Below are positions 1 to 13,462 of a stretch of 64,000 nucleotides of DNA, piece by piece. Numbering within the stretch: the first letter of the stretch is position 1; the number at the start of each line of letters is the position of its first letter. The notes under the pieces are model-generated. The model was not told where the DNA came from. It did not search any database and worked only from the letters and a program-made list of their open reading frames with translations. Source of the DNA: Prorocentrum cordatum. Lineage: Eukaryota. The stretch lies in contig CAUYUJ010000003.1 in assembly GCA_963575745.1 (NCBI GenBank), positions 62,001-126,000 of the forward strand, read 5' to 3'. Both the position numbers and the translations under genes were made by a program.

Positions 1-684
1 GTTCGACTGATTTCGACATGAGCGCGCGCGAAGCCCGTTTGGTAGCATTTCGTGAAAATCTAGAAAAACCTATGGTTTTCGTTTTCTTAAGATTTCGCAA
101 GAGCTCTCGCGGAAGTTTTTGTTAGCAACTCTGTGTTGCGAAACCCGATGTTTTTGTATGATTTTTGGAAACTCGATTGCGAAATCCTTTCAGCACCGAG
201 GGTTTTTGAAGGATTTCGGCATGCGCGCGCGACGACGCGCGCGTGTGCACTTCGTCATATTTTTTGCAAGGGATTCGCGAACAAGTGTTATGTTAGAGCA
301 ACAAATGTCACCGCATAGTGTTTTTTGCAAGGGAACCTCAAGGGGGGGGGAACCGGCCTAGCTGGGATGATATGATTTCATATTTAAGATGGACGAGTGT
401 GCAGAATGTATGTATATATATATGTATGTATATATATATATATGAAATTATACTATCCCAGGGGGACGCGTTAAATCCGGGGGGGGGGGGGTAGAGTCTA
501 TTCTTTTTTTAGAAAGGAGAATTAATCACTTGCCGAGCTTGAAATTGTCAACTCCACTGCTCGCGCAATCATCCCACCCACCCACCCGCAAATGGGACCG
601 AGCACAGATATCGCTCCGGGGTCGTCTTGGAGCCCTCGGGGGCGTCTCAAGAGCGCCCCAAGAAGGCTGGAGAAGCAAGACGGC

Positions 685-1204
685 CGACGACGACGACGAC
701 GACGACGACGACGGCGGCGACGACGACGACGCCGACGTCGACGACGACGACGAAGACGACGACGCCGACGCCGACGACGACGAAGACGACAACGACGTCG
801 CCAACGAAGACGACGACGAGGGAGGAGGGAGGACGACGACGGCGACAACGACGACAACGACGACAACGACGACAACAAGGGAGGAGGGAGGACGGCGAGG
901 ACGCGAACGGCGAAGAAGGAGGAAGGACGGCGACGCCGACGACGACAACGACGAGGGAGGAGGGGAGACGACGACGAGACGACGACGACAACGACGACGA
1001 CGACGACGGCGACGAAATAGGAGGGACGACGACGAGACGCCGACGACGGACGACGACGACGACGACGAGGGAGGAGGAGGAAGGACGACCAAGGCGACAA
1101 CGACGACGGAAACGACCACGACGCCAAAGAGGACGACGACGACGAACACGAGGAAAGACACAGGACGACGTAGGCGACGACGACGACGATGCGGGAAGAG
1201 GGAG

Positions 1205-1235
<31 letters not shown>
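685..1235. repeat. Degenerate (GAC)n microsatellite
   Basis: Visible gacgacgac runs; source of the poly-D/R/T ORFs. Confidence 0.95.
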
Positions 1236-3812
1236 CTGCAAGAGCGCGCGCGCACGCTTTTGTTGAACATCCGTGCTGCGAAACCTTGTGTTTTTGTATG
1301 TTTTTTGGACGCGCGGTTTTGAAATCCTTCCGAAACCGATGGGTTTTGAAGGATTTCGTCGTACGGGCGCGACGACGCGCGCGTCTGCACTTCGTCCCGT
1401 TTTTTTGCAAGGGATTCTCGCGACGGCACACGCGCAAAGGCGTTCGACAGATTTCGACATGCGCGCGCGCGACACCCGTTTAGTAGCATGTTGTGAAAAT
1501 CTTGAAAACAACCTATGTTTTTTCACCAAGAGCTCGCGCGTAAGCTTTTTTAGCAAATCAGTGTTACGAAACCCTGTGTTTTTGTATGTTTTTGGAAGGG
1601 AGTTTCGGACATCCTTCCGGCATCGAGAGTTTTTGAAGGATTTCGGCATGCGCGCGCGACGACGCGCGCGTGTGCAGTTCGTCCCGTTGTTTGCAAGGGA
1701 TTCGTGGCAAAGTGCTATGTTCGAACAACAAATGTGACCGCATAATGTTTTTTTTTTTTTCCGCAAGGGAACCTCAGGGGGGGGATGCCGGTTGGCATGG
1801 GACATTGTGATTTCATATTTAGGATGGACATGTGGTTATAATCATATGTGATTTACATGCCCGAAAGGGGCCCCGATAACGCGGGGGGGGGTAGAATATA
1901 TTTTCTTTTAGAACGGAGAATCGATTTTTACAGACGGGCTGACGCATTGCATGTTCTTGCAGGCATCCCACCCACCCACCCGCAACGTGGTTTGCAGAAC
2001 CCGTGCGACGGCGATTGCGATGAGTGCTTGGCGTTGGCTGGTGCATGTCTGCGGCCTCGCCGGCCCGCGCGCGCGCGCAGCGGCCAGCTTGTGCGGCGCG
2101 ACCGACGGCCGCGGTGGCAATGGTCGCTAGACGCATCCAAGCGGGCACTTCAGTGCGCGTCGGCGACTTTGGCGGGCGCGGTATCATGGCGACGTCCGCG
2201 ACGGTAGGCGCGATGATGAGAGTAGCGATGCTGGCCGCGATGCTGACAGCGACGACGGCGCGGCCAATGGCGGCGCCGATGTTGACGACGCCGACGACGA
2301 TGACGGCGTCCTCGCATCGGCGGCGAAGGTTTTGGAAAGAGTTCGACGCGCGCGTGGCCGACGCGCGAGTGGCCGCGCAGTGATGTTTGAGACGGATCGC
2401 GCCCCCCCCCCCCCTCAGCGCGCGCGCAGGGGCGTTCGAATGATTTCGGCTTGCGGCGCACGAGGCTTGTTTTGCAAAAATCAACGAACATGTTGGGGGA
2501 TCCGTGGATGTCACAAGGATTCGCCGGAGCCCGAGCGCAAGCTTTTTCAAAAACTGATCTTGCGAAACCATATGCTTTTAATGTGGTTTTGGGGTACTCG
2601 GTTGTGTGATCCTCGCGAAACCTTAAGTTTCTGAAAGATTGTGGCCGCGCGCGCTTCGTTTCATTTGTTGCAGAAAGGATTCGTGCGACAGCGCGCGCGA
2701 GGGTGTTCGAACGACTTCGAAGTGCGCGCGAAGACCGCTTGGTCGCGTTTTATGAAAGTGTTGAACAACATATGGTTGTCGTAAGAATTCGCAAGCTCGC
2801 GCGCGCAAGCTCCTTCTGAACATCCACGTTGCGAAAACGTGCTTCTACTTGATGTTTTGGCACTCGATTTGACATCTCCGCGAAGCCTGAATTTTTTTTT
2901 TAAAGATTCCGGCATGCGCGCGCGACGGCGCGCGCGCGTGTGCACTTCGCCCCATGCGTTGAAAGGGATATTTGAAAACTGTTTCTTCTTGATCCACGAG
3001 TGCCAACGCATAGCATTTGCAGAGGGTGGCGGGGAGGGTCGATGCCGAATGGGCGATGGGGCAGAATCGCAAGTAGATTGCAATGCGAAAAGGTGCGCCG
3101 TTAATTCCGGGGCGGGGGGGTGAATCCCGACGCTGTTTGAGAAAAGGAAAACTCACCAACGCTCGCAGTGCGTTGTCAACTCCGCTGCTCGCACAATCGC
3201 CCCAACCGCCCGCCCGCAACATTGGTGGGCAAATCCCGCGCGGCTGCGATTGCGATGAGAGCTTGGCGTTGGCTGGTGCATCTCATCGGCCGCGCTAGCC
3301 CGCGCATGCTCGCGCGCGCAGGGGCCGGCCTGCGGCGCGACTGGTGCGGCCGCGGTGGCGCGGGCCGCTGGGCGCATCCCAGCGGGCATTGCCATGCGAG
3401 TCGGTGACTTGGGCGAGCGCGGTATCATGTCGACACCGACGACGGAATACGCTATGATGAGAGTTGCGACGATGGTGACGATAATGGGGATGGCAACGGC
3501 AAGGCCAGCGACGTCGCCGATGTTGATCACGCCCGCCGGTAACGATGATGATGTCCTCACGTCGGTGATGGAGGTTTTGGACGGAGTTCGACACGCGCGA
3601 GCGGCCGACTCGCGCGAACGGCCCGCGCGGTTTCATGCGACGCGGATCACGCCCCCCCCCCCAAAAAAAAGGACGCGCGCAAAGGCGTTCGGGTGAGTTT
3701 GACATGTGGAGCGGGGGGCTCCTTTGGCATAGTATGATGACAATATTGAGACACCCGTGGCTCTGAAGGATTCGCAAGAACGCGCTTCCTTCATTTTTCC
3801 AGAAAGAAAATG

Positions 3813-3919
3813 CATGTATGTATGTATGTATATATATATATGTATATATATATATGTATATGTATATGTATATGTATATATATATATAATATATATATAT
3901 ATTATATATATATATATAT
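3813..3919. repeat. (TA)n/(TATG)n microsatellite
   Basis: Direct observation. Confidence 0.95.
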
Positions 3920-4139
3920 CCGCCGGCCCCCTTGCGGGGCCACCAGGCTGCAGGCCGAAGGTTCGCAGTTTCCTGTGCCAGTTGCAGCTTCCAGTTTCCA
4001 CCGTTGCATGTCTGCTTACTGCTGCTTGCTGTTCCTCGTTGATGGGCCGCGCGAGGGGGGGGGGGGGGGGGCCCAGGCGGGCGCGTTCAGCGCGCCCTGA
4101 GCGCGCTGTCTGGCTTGCTGGGGTGGGTAAAAATTTAAA

Positions 4140-4690
4140 CCCTCGCGCAGATCAGCGGGGCCAGGGTCCAAAAGCGCAGAGGATTTGCTACATGTTTGAA
4201 ATTCGGTGGCAACCCTCGCGCAGATCGGCGGGGCCGGGGTCAAAACGCTCGTGGGATTTGCAACGTTTCTGAAAATCGGCGGCGCCCCTCGCGCAGATCG
4301 GCGGGGCCAGGGTCCAAAAACAGACGCAATTTGCTACGTGTCTGACATTCGGTGGCACCCCTCGCGCAGATCGGCGGGGCCAGGGTGCAAAGACAAAAGG
4401 GGCGTGCCACATTTTTGAAATTCGGCGGCGCCCCTCGCGCAGATCGGCAGATCGGCGGGGCCAGGGTCAGAAAACCCATGGGATTCTCAACATTTCTGAA
4501 ATTCGGTGGCACCCCTCGCGCGGATCGACAGGGCCAGTGTCCAAAAACATAAGGGATGCGCAACATTTCTGAAATTCGGCGGCACCCCTCACGCAGATCC
4601 GTAGGGTCAAAATCAAAAAACACAAAAGGGTTTGCTACATGTCTGAAATTCGGTGGCACCCCTCACGCAAATCCGCAAGGTCAGGGCAGA
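4140..4690. repeat. ~73-bp tandem minisatellite, ~8 copies
   Basis: Unit ccctcgcgcagatcggcggggccagggtc...tttgc(t/a)acatttctgaaattcggtggca starting at ~4140, 4213, 4286, 4358, 4431, 4512, 4585 and 4660. Confidence 0.9.
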
Positions 4691-6125
4691 AAAACATACA
4701 GACCCCCACACTGCTTCGCGGCGGCGCCCAGACCTGATGATTTAGCTTTTGCATCTCCCATTGTCCGAGACAGGGGGCCGGCGGCATGGGGCGAAGCCCT
4801 TGCGGATAAACATGTGAACACATGATGTTGCAAAACGTTTTTTTGTTATCCCCGCCCCTCTCTGTCTTTCTCGGATTTCGGAATTCTCGTTTTGACATCC
4901 TTTCGACACCTATGGTGTTCGAAAGATGTCCGCGCGCGCGGCGACGCGCGCGCACTTCGTTGGAATTCGAGCGACAAAGATTCTGGCGACAGCGCGCGCA
5001 AAGAACCGCTCGAACGATTTCGACGCGCGCGCGCGAGAGGCCCGTGTGGTAGCATGTTGTGAACATGTTGGACAACATATTTCTTTGGTATATAAAAGCC
5101 CACCTGCAAGGGCGAGGGCGCAGGTTGTTCTGAAAACTCTCGTTCCAGATCCATGATTACTTGGTATGTTTTCGCGGGGCTCGATTTTGACATCCTTAAG
5201 GCACCCGGGGTTCTAGATCGATTCCGGCATGCGCGCGCGCCGGCGCGCCCGCGCGCACTTCGCCCCGTTTGTTGTAAGGAACTGTTGCAAACCAATGTTT
5301 TTGGATAAACAAGCGTGCGCGCATAATTCTTCCAGAGGGTGAGGGGGAACTGTTGCCGGCCCGGCCGGGATGATGCGAGTTCACATTCAGGATGGGCGAT
5401 GGGGGCCCTGCTGCTGGGATGGTTTGATTGATGGCGAACTCACTGTTCCCGACTTTTATACATTGCGTCTTGCTGAGCAACCAAGACCGACTTTTATGCT
5501 TCGTGCGCATTGAATCGGGCATGCATACAGACAACTAAAGGCAAACAAACACAATCTGACAGCACACAAGAAATAAACATAGACAACACAAAGGCAACGA
5601 AATACCAGGTTGGCATTGACGCATGCTGGTTGTTTAAAACAAACCGACGCATCCAAGTCGATGTAAGTCCATGCGCCCGCAAGGCTGGTTCCATGCTTGG
5701 CGACTCCCAGCGGGAGTCGGCGAGGTGCCTGGTGACTCGCTTCGGCGTTGCCCTATATGGGGGGTCGGCGAGCTGTCCCGTGGCTCGATTCGGCGCAGCC
5801 CTTGGGGTCCAGCGGGTTTTCCCGAGGCTGTATGTGCATTTCACGATCGATTTCCCTCTCCCTCCTCGCTCCTGTTCGGTGTATATATATATATGTATAT
5901 ATAAATATGTATTTGTTGTCTATCTCTCTCTCTCTCTCTCTTTCTCGCCATTTCTTTGCCGTCGCCGCCGCGGCCAGCGACCCGTTGTCCGCGCCTTCAT
6001 CGTCGCCGACAAGCCATGGTGCCATCGTCGCTCAATCAGCGCCGTGCATCCGCTCATCCAGCGTCATCCAAACATCCAATCACCCACTTCTTCCAATCAA
6101 CCAACCATCTGGTCGCCCAGCCGTC

Positions 6126-6147
6126 CCGCGGCCGTTTTGGCTTCCAG
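6126..6147 (+). other. Degenerate dinoflagellate spliced-leader relic (candidate)
   Basis: ccgcggccgttttggcttccag vs DinoSL CCGTAGCCATTTTGGCTCAAG: 14 of the first 17 nt match and the three differences are T>C/A>G. Lies ~40 nt upstream of the ATG at 6189. Confidence 0.5.
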
Positions 6148-6188
6148 ATCAGCGCGCCCGACACGCGCGGTTTGCAACGTTTGGGGCG

Positions 6189-7314
6189 ATGGCCCAGAGC
6201 GCCCCGCGCCCGACGACGGCGCGCTTTGAAGTCGGAGATCTGCAGACGGCCTGGAAGGCCGACGCCGAGCGCAGGGGCCCAGGGTTCAAGCGGGGCGGCA
6301 ATGGATGCGCGAAGGGGCGCGCGGGCGCTGCAGACCGAACAGGTTCGGTTCAGCGCGCCCGCCCATTGGTGGCGCTCTCGAAGCTGCCCCCGAGCGATTG
6401 TCCGAACCATATGTTGGTGAGGCAGGCCTCGGCGGATCTGCGCGTCGACCGCGCGCTCGTCGCGGGGGCGGGCTCCGACCGCTCGTGAAAAGTGGCGTCG
6501 GGGGCAGCCGGCGCCCGGGGGGCCGCGTGCAGGCGCGCGTGCAGCGCCGCCAAGGCTTTGGGGGTCCCATAGGAGTTGAAGGAGCAGCCTGATCGCGATC
6601 CCAAGGCGCCCGATGCCCCCGCCGCCGCGGGGCCCCGCGCAAACCGGCGCCCCTGATCCTGCGGGCCTGCGCCGTCGCGCGGCGCCGCGGCGCCCCCGTC
6701 CTCCGAGGCCCCCAACGGCGCGACCATGGGCAGCGACGTCGGCAACGAGGCGGTCCACATCGAGGACGCCGAGGGGAACGAGGCCGACGGGGGTGGCCCC
6801 ATGCAGGAGGAGGCGGGCGTGGAGATCACCGCGTAGAAGCGCATGCGCGCCGATTGCGTCGCAGCGGGGGGCCCCATTCTCGGCGACGACGGGGGCGGCG
6901 CCGGAAGCCCGTCTTGCAAGAAGGGCGGGCAGCGCGAGCGCTCGGTCGGGCCTCGCTGCATGGTCGCTGGGAAATACGCCGCCCGAGGACGTTGAAGATG
7001 CGCCGACAGGGGAGAAGTCGGGCGCGGCCCCCAAGCCCGCGGCGGGCCGCGAGCCGACGGAGGCGATGGAGCGAGGACCACAGCCGCGGGGCCCATCGAC
7101 GGCCCCGTTTGCGCCCAAGCCTGAGCGCCACGGAGAAGCCTGCGTCGCGCGGCGCTGCGGGGGCAAGGTTAAGTTCGCGGCTGGCCAGAGCGGGTCCCAG
7201 TCGGCGTCCTACAAGGAGAATGTGGAGGAGCTCGTGGCGCGCGCCTCGGAGGGGAAGATCGCCGCCGTCAAAGGCGCGCCGTCATTTTTGGCTGGCCGTT
7301 TGCCTCTGCAGTGA
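6189..7314 (+). pseudogene. Decayed, frameshifted ORF of unknown function (possibly TE-associated)
   Basis: Protein-like segments MAQSAPRPTTARFEVGDLQTAWKADAE...LVALSKLPPSDCPNHMLVRQA and ...SASYKENVEELVARASEGKIAAVK in different frames; preceded by an SL relic. Confidence 0.35.
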
Positions 7315-7820
7315 TTCCCCCGACGCGCCAATTCCATGCCGTCGCGAGGGTTAGAACGGATGCGAGGTCGCTCACTGTCTAGTGCAAGTCTCTCGGCCGT
7401 CTCCCACGAGCTTCATAAATCCGCATTGTGTCTCGCAGTCGCTCGGCAGCCTCAGCTAGACGCAAGTAAAGCGCTGTGTAGCACAAAGAGCTGCATGGAC
7501 CACCGAGACGTATGCCCGAAAGAACAGACACATCTCCCATTGCACCATCATCAACGCATGCATCGTTGCCACCGTCATCGCATGCACTGTCATCGCCAGC
7601 ACGCCTTACTGACATTACTATTGCAACCACATTCGTAACGCAGATCATCACCACCACCGCCGTCGTCATCATCCTCACTCACATCGATGTTACACAGCTT
7701 CGGCGTCATCGTCATCGTCGTCGCTCGTAGCATCGTTTGTCATCGTCGTCATTCTCGCCGCCCGCGCCACGCACCGACACTATCCGGACCACATTCGCTT
7801 TGCATGAAGACCGCCACCGC

Positions 7821-7857
<37 letters not shown>

Positions 7858-10635
7858 GTCGCCGTCGCCGTTGAGCCGCCCCTTTAGCGCAAGCGCTGCA
7901 TGTCGGCACGTCCGGTTCCTCTTTCCAATCGAGGGCAGGGGCGCGGTCTGGGGGCGGGCGCGCCCTGCCTGCGGCGCCCCGAGGCCGCGAGGGCAGGGCA
8001 GCCCGCGATCGCAGTGTGTCTTCTCAGGGGGTCGCCCTCGAAGCTGGGCCTGTCGCCGTCGAGCAGCCAGCGCCGCCGGCGACCCCGTCCGCGCCAGGGG
8101 CACCGCGTCTGAAGTCCGAGCCTGGCCCATGGAGGCCCCATCGGCGCGAAGTTGAAGATCTCGTCAGCAGAGGCCCAGAAAAAAAAAAAGGCACAAGGTG
8201 CAGGAGTCGAAGGTCGGTTCAGGGAAGTATGACGACCGCGTCGGCTAGCTGCTGTCGGCGAAGGGCCGCGCGTTCCCAGGTGACTTCATCCAGGAGCGCA
8301 AGACGATCGAGAACATCAAAGGAAAACAGCTGCGAGACTGGCTGGATTTCGTGAAAGGAGGCGCTGACAAAGAATAGCGAGGTTAAACTCTCAAGGGCAC
8401 TGAGAGCGGCTCCGCCATTGTCAGCTTCGCGCCCCAGTTCGTTGATCACCCCTGGTTCGTCAGCGCCGTGGCCGCGCGACCCGCGGGCGAAGCGGGTCGC
8501 GGAGGGCTCCGAGACTCCTGCCGGGGCGACCACTGCCGCCGAGAGCGCGGGCGCCAGGCGCGACGATCCATCTTCGCGCGAGGGCTGCGCGAAGAAGTTC
8601 AAACCCGAGCGCGCGCCGGCGGGCCCGCCGGCTGCCCCGGCGTCGACCTCGGCCGCCCCGCCCGCCCAGCCTGCCAGCGTGGGCCCCCGCGTCAAGGGCG
8701 CCCGCTCGCACTTGAGGAAGGCGATCTCGGCGCGGGATCGCTGCCGTCGCGACGCGGGGGCGGCGCTCTCCCGCGGCCAGTGCAGCGGGAATGCGGCAGG
8801 GGGCAAAATCGAGAAGGACGCAGATATGCTCGAGGTCTATTGCGAGAGCTTCGATGCGAAGGTTCGGGCCACGGGGCGCTCTCACTTGGCAACTAGCGCG
8901 CTCGCCGGGGCCCAGATTGAGGAGGCGGCCGCGCTCTGCCAGGGCGTCGAGGGCAATGTCCAGGAGGCCGCCAAGAAGGGCGCCTCGCCTAAGTCTCGGT
9001 TTGATATTTGAGCCGTCGGCGTAGAGCCGATAGCGGGCATTCGAAGAAGGGGGGCCCGATGCTGCTCTGATATTTGTTGGGGGCGGGGGGCGTGTGCCAA
9101 CGATGTCCAAGAAGTCAGATCGGAATCAGATCTGACTCAGATCAGAGACAGATCTGCCGTTGTGGCTTCAGAACTTCCGAGCGGCCCATCGCGGGCCGCC
9201 CCCCGTCGCGGGCGCGGGTGCGAGGGGGGGGGGGGGGGGGGGGGGGGGGGGCGGCGGAATAAGAGGACGAGGTAGAGGAATGCGATGAGGAGGACAACGG
9301 CGACGCGCCCTAGGAGCGCGGGGTGTTTTCGACACCCCGAAAAAAAGGGCGGGGGGGTGGCATGCCATGCGCGTGTTTGGGACGTTCTCTCCCCCTTCTT
9401 GACATTCGGGATGCTGGCGACGCGTCTGGCGCTCCGAAGGTGTCGGCGGGCTGGGCCTGCGTTGCCTGGCTGGGCCCTTGGGGCCGCCGTCGCTTCGCCG
9501 CGGGGGGGGGGGGGGGGGGGCGCTCCTCCGCGGCCGCGACCGAGCAGTCGCTCGACTGACGTAGCCGCGTTTGCGTCGTGCCATTCGCCATCTTCGCCGT
9601 CGCCACCCTCGCCCCACTCCTGATCGTCCCGCTCTTCCCCCCCAGGGGTGCGAGGACAGGGCGGCGCCTGTTGGGATGCGCCCCCCCCCCCCCCCCCCCC
9701 CCCCCATCGCTTTGAATTTCGGCTGCTGACTCGCTCGGGCGACCGATGGCCGCGGCCGTCTGGCGCGGTCCAATCTCTTGGCCTTGCCCGCAGGGTCGTG
9801 GCATTCCACGGCCGATTCGAGTTCAGCGGGGGGTTCGCAGCGCGACGGGCGCGCGCTGTTTTCGCCTTGGCGCCCCGCGCGGGGGCCCGCGACGACGCGG
9901 CGCTGCTGCTACCGAAGCAAACGCAAGACACATCGATGCTGCGTCGGGCCGTTGTTGGCAGCCTGGATCGAGCGAGTTAGGCAGCGCGAGCCGTCTCGAT
10001 CAGGGCCCTAAGCAGTTTGCCGTGGGTCGTGGTCCCGGGGCCGCGCGGGCCATCGGTGGCCTCCGTCCTGGCTGTTTTGGGGTCTTCTGTTTTCCCTGGC
10101 GGCGTTGTCTGAAACTGGCGAAAAACTAGGGCCCGTCGAGCTTGCTGGCCCATCGCCCTGACTCTTCTAGGCGCCGTCGCATCTCGCCCCCCCCCCCCCC
10201 CCCCCCCCCCCTTAAGTGCGAAAGGACAAGAGGCCCGCCCAGGGGCGAGATGCACCCGCGCCCCCCCGCGGGGGCGGCGACGCAGACGGGCGCAGGGGCC
10301 AGGGGCAGAGGTCAGAAAAAGAAAGGCAGCAACTGGAATGCCAGAACCACCAATTTCCCGAATTTTACCCCGGGAAGGCGCCGCCGCAGGCGCTGCAGGA
10401 ACAGCGCTGGGAATGCATCGGCAACTACAAGATAAACTGCGAGAGATGAGGGGGGCGCGGTGCAATCGTTATTCTTTGATGTCAAAGCGCCCCTTCTAGC
10501 GCCGCCCATCTCAACGAGCTCGCGAGGGCATTGTCAAATTCGGGAATGGTGTGCTTTCAGCCAGTAGTCGTTCTGGCCAGAGTTTGTCGCGCGCACTCGC
10601 GCTGGCCACCAGTTCGTCATCCTCGAGCGACCGCG

Positions 10636-12400
10636 ATGGGAGCAGATGCCGGCGCCCTTGCGGGCGCCGTTGGAGGGCGGCAAACGCCGACGCGCTGGAG
10701 GCCGGCGTCAAAGACTGGCGTTGGAGCCTGATGCTTCCCCAACTGGCCGAGGCATGCGTCGTTCGGCAGCTGGGCTGCTTCTTGATTGGGGCGACGGCGC
10801 GGTCGGCGCGTCGGAACTGCAGCGGCGCGCGGCGCGTGGCAGAGGGGGGCGCGCGCGACCGCCCCGTGATGTCGCGCGCCTCGCTGCGATCGGATCTGCG
10901 CAAAATGCCCGAGCAGGTTGGGCGAATTAGCCGGAGTCTCGTGGGGCACCTCGGCCGTTGACCCCTGTCGGCGGAAGGCTCTTCAGTCGAGTGGCGCTGC
11001 CTTCGACGCGGCCTCGATGTCTTCGCAGCGAACGCCCTCAGGGTTTCAAATTGATATTTGGAACAGACAAGCAACGGCTACGTGAATGTTGGTCTTCCTT
11101 CTTAGCCTTGCCAGCGACGCGAAAATGGAGCGCTGCGTGTCCTATCTTGAGAGGTGCGAGCGCGGGCGATCTAGGGGCTACTCTCCCGTGCGCGATCCAC
11201 GCGGATGCTGCGCCGTGCTCGAACAAAAACAGTTTCGTGAGCATATATGTTGCGTCTCTTCTGCAGAAGGGCGAAGGGAATATTGCTCCATTTCCATGCG
11301 CCACACGTGTTAAAACGAGCGCTGGTTGTCATGTTGTAATATGCGGCGCTATCCTGGCCGACGTGGGCTCGCTTGCGACGGGCGTCGTGGGCGGCGCGGA
11401 CGTCGCCGGCGGCGCGCGCGGCGGTCGTTGGAATGCGGTCTTGCTGATGGCGAAGGCCGACGAGCAAGCGAGGTGCGAAGAGTACGGACTCAACCACTAC
11501 TGAAGTGATGAACCGTGCTCGGAGTGCATGTGCAGTCGCACCACTGGACCATTTACTGGCATTCGGGGAGGATTTGCGTGGAGGCACAGAGAACGAATGC
11601 CCTTCCAGTGCTACTCCGCGAGGCTGGAATAACACTTGCACCCGCTAGCTCGGTCTCGCTACTTCTGTTGTCGCTGGTTCTTTTCTTGCACATCATACGT
11701 GTGCTGGACGTCAAGGGGGTGGCGTCCCTTGTCATTGGTGGTGCGCTGTCCTTCCTTTCTGCAATTGGCTGCGCTCGGTGGTAATATTCAGACCCGCTCG
11801 GACCGCGTACGTTGATTTCTGGCTGAATATTATTGCGACGAGCGGCGTGGAAGCAATCGCCTTCCAGCCACGCGGAAACCTAAATAAGCAAATGAATGTT
11901 GGTGGGGGCATCCATGGCCAATACTTCGAAGCGGCCAACATGCGCTGTGCGGTACCAGCCTCCCACCAGATCTGCAGAAGGTTTCTCGTTTCAGAATCAG
12001 TGGAGCTGACCACTGCGATAAACATGTGTTGGAAACATTGGTTGGACTTTACGACGTCCTCGACCATGAACACACGTTCGTGTCAGATGAATATTGCAGG
12101 AGGTTCCGAGCTGCGACAATATCGTATGGGCTGGAATGCCACAGAGCGCGGCAGCATGCTCCACGCAGAAGGGTCCTCGCATGGAATCTTGCACGACAAG
12201 TGCACACCATACACCGCGCGGCACTAATGGCTACGGTTCTCAACCCTCCCTTCGTGCAAAACTACGATGAATAGTTCCAGATGGGGACGACAGGGCGCGC
12301 GTGGAAGATGTCTATGAGCGCTCGTTTTCGGAAGCACGTTCAAAAAACAGTATGGTGAAACGTTTCACTGCCCTTCTTGTGCGAGTTGAACTGCGACAGC
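10636..12400 (+). pseudogene. Decayed transposase-like gene (CACTA/Plavaka-like by recollection of motifs)
   Basis: Frameshifted segments LPCAIHADAAP, LLMAKAD..EEYGL(N)HY*SDEPCSEC, LHIIRVLDVKGVASLVIGG, EAANMRCAVP and LNPPFVQNYDE resemble a widespread dinoflagellate transposase-like family (HGD / KGD..HY..PC..C / D.MH / NP...NY..E). The family assignment is inference. Confidence 0.45.
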
Positions 12401-13030
12401 ATGTTCAAACAACGCTGCTCGTGGCATTGACTGCTACCTTTCTGATACAGCCTGATTTGCCACGGATGCCCAACAACATATGTCGTTTTCTGCTGCCTGC
12501 CCCTGAAGACGAGCTCGAACGAGGGCGGGGTCAAGAGGGAAGGGGAGCCACGAAATCCCCTTGAAGGCCAGACCCTGGCGCGTTTCTAGGGGGGGCCAGG
12601 CTCTTGCCCGTTCCTTAGCCTGCCGAAGGGGGCAGGCTGAAGCCGTGCATCGGCCGCTGGACCCTGGAATCCCTATCCATCGGCCGCTGAACATTGGAAT
12701 CCCTTTCCAACGCTTCGTTGTCACATGCAGAATACGTGCAGCAAATCAAAAAAACACCATCATAACATCGGGCATACATGCATATGCCACTCATAGTTCG
12801 AACGTATGGCTTTACGTATACAATACCATACATGATTATAAATGAGCTTAGCCGGTCATCAGTTAAAAAAATGGTTTTGTTGTCGGAGGTTGGGGGGTGA
12901 GATCGAAGTGGAACGGAGAGCCCCCCACCAGGAAATCGGTTTCGGTTTCGTGTTCGTGCGTGCCGTGCGTGCGGGCGAGGCGAAGCTGCGTGGGCGGGCG
13001 AGAGGAAACTCTCCTGTGGCTGAGGCGCGG

Positions 13031-13190
13031 CCGGACCAAATGATTCTCCCTCCGGCAAGCGGTGGCCCGCGGTGGCCCGCTGGTGTCCCGCCGGTGTCCC
13101 GCTTGTGGCTGGGCCCCAACCGGACCAAATGATTCTCCCTCCGGCAAGCGGTGGCCCGCGGTGTCCCGCCAGTGTGCCGGTGACCCGCTG
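13031..13190. repeat. 89-bp-period tandem duplication
   Basis: ccggaccaaatgattctccctccggcaagcggtggcccgcggtg at 13031 and 13120. Confidence 0.9.
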
Positions 13191-13199
13191 GTGCGAAAA

Positions 13200-13462
13200 C
13201 GATAGTGAGACCGATGACGAAATCGATTGTGAGATCGATAGTGAGATCGATACTGAGACCGATAGTGATATCGATCGTGAGATCGATCGTGAGATCGATA
13301 GTGAGATGGATAGTGATATCGATTGTGACATCGAGTGATATCGATCGGGAGATCATTCGTGGGATCGATAGCGATATCCAGAGTGATATCGACAGTGCAA
13401 TCGATCGAGTGAGATCGCTAGTGAGATCGATCGAGCGAGATCGATAGTGGGATCGATAGTGA
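13200..13462. repeat. 12-bp GATC-rich minisatellite (gagatcgat[a/c]gt)n
   Basis: Direct observation; a more decayed copy lies at ~15765-16070. Confidence 0.85.

Larger units (their letters stand above)
1..5400. repeat. Modular dispersed/tandem repeat family with GCGCGCGCGACGACGCGCGCG cores
   Basis: 1-600 re-occurs at ~1442-1990. The sub-module ...ttttgaaggatttcggcatgcgcgcgcgacgacgcgcgcgtgtgcacttcg... recurs at ~200, ~1340, ~1630, ~2900, ~4920 and ~5220. Block ~2030-2440 recurs at ~3265-3695. Interrupted by microsatellites and the 73-bp array. Confidence 0.8.

Noticed and set aside
522..1805. Long ORFs in many frames (427, 317, 303 aa)
   Set aside because: Translations of the (GAC)n satellite and flanking repeat. 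The same applies to ORFs at 18700-19645, 34556-36023 and 49971-55919.
4140..4690. CRISPR-like periodicity
   Set aside because: The whole 73-bp unit is homologous between copies; no unique spacers, no cas genes, eukaryotic context
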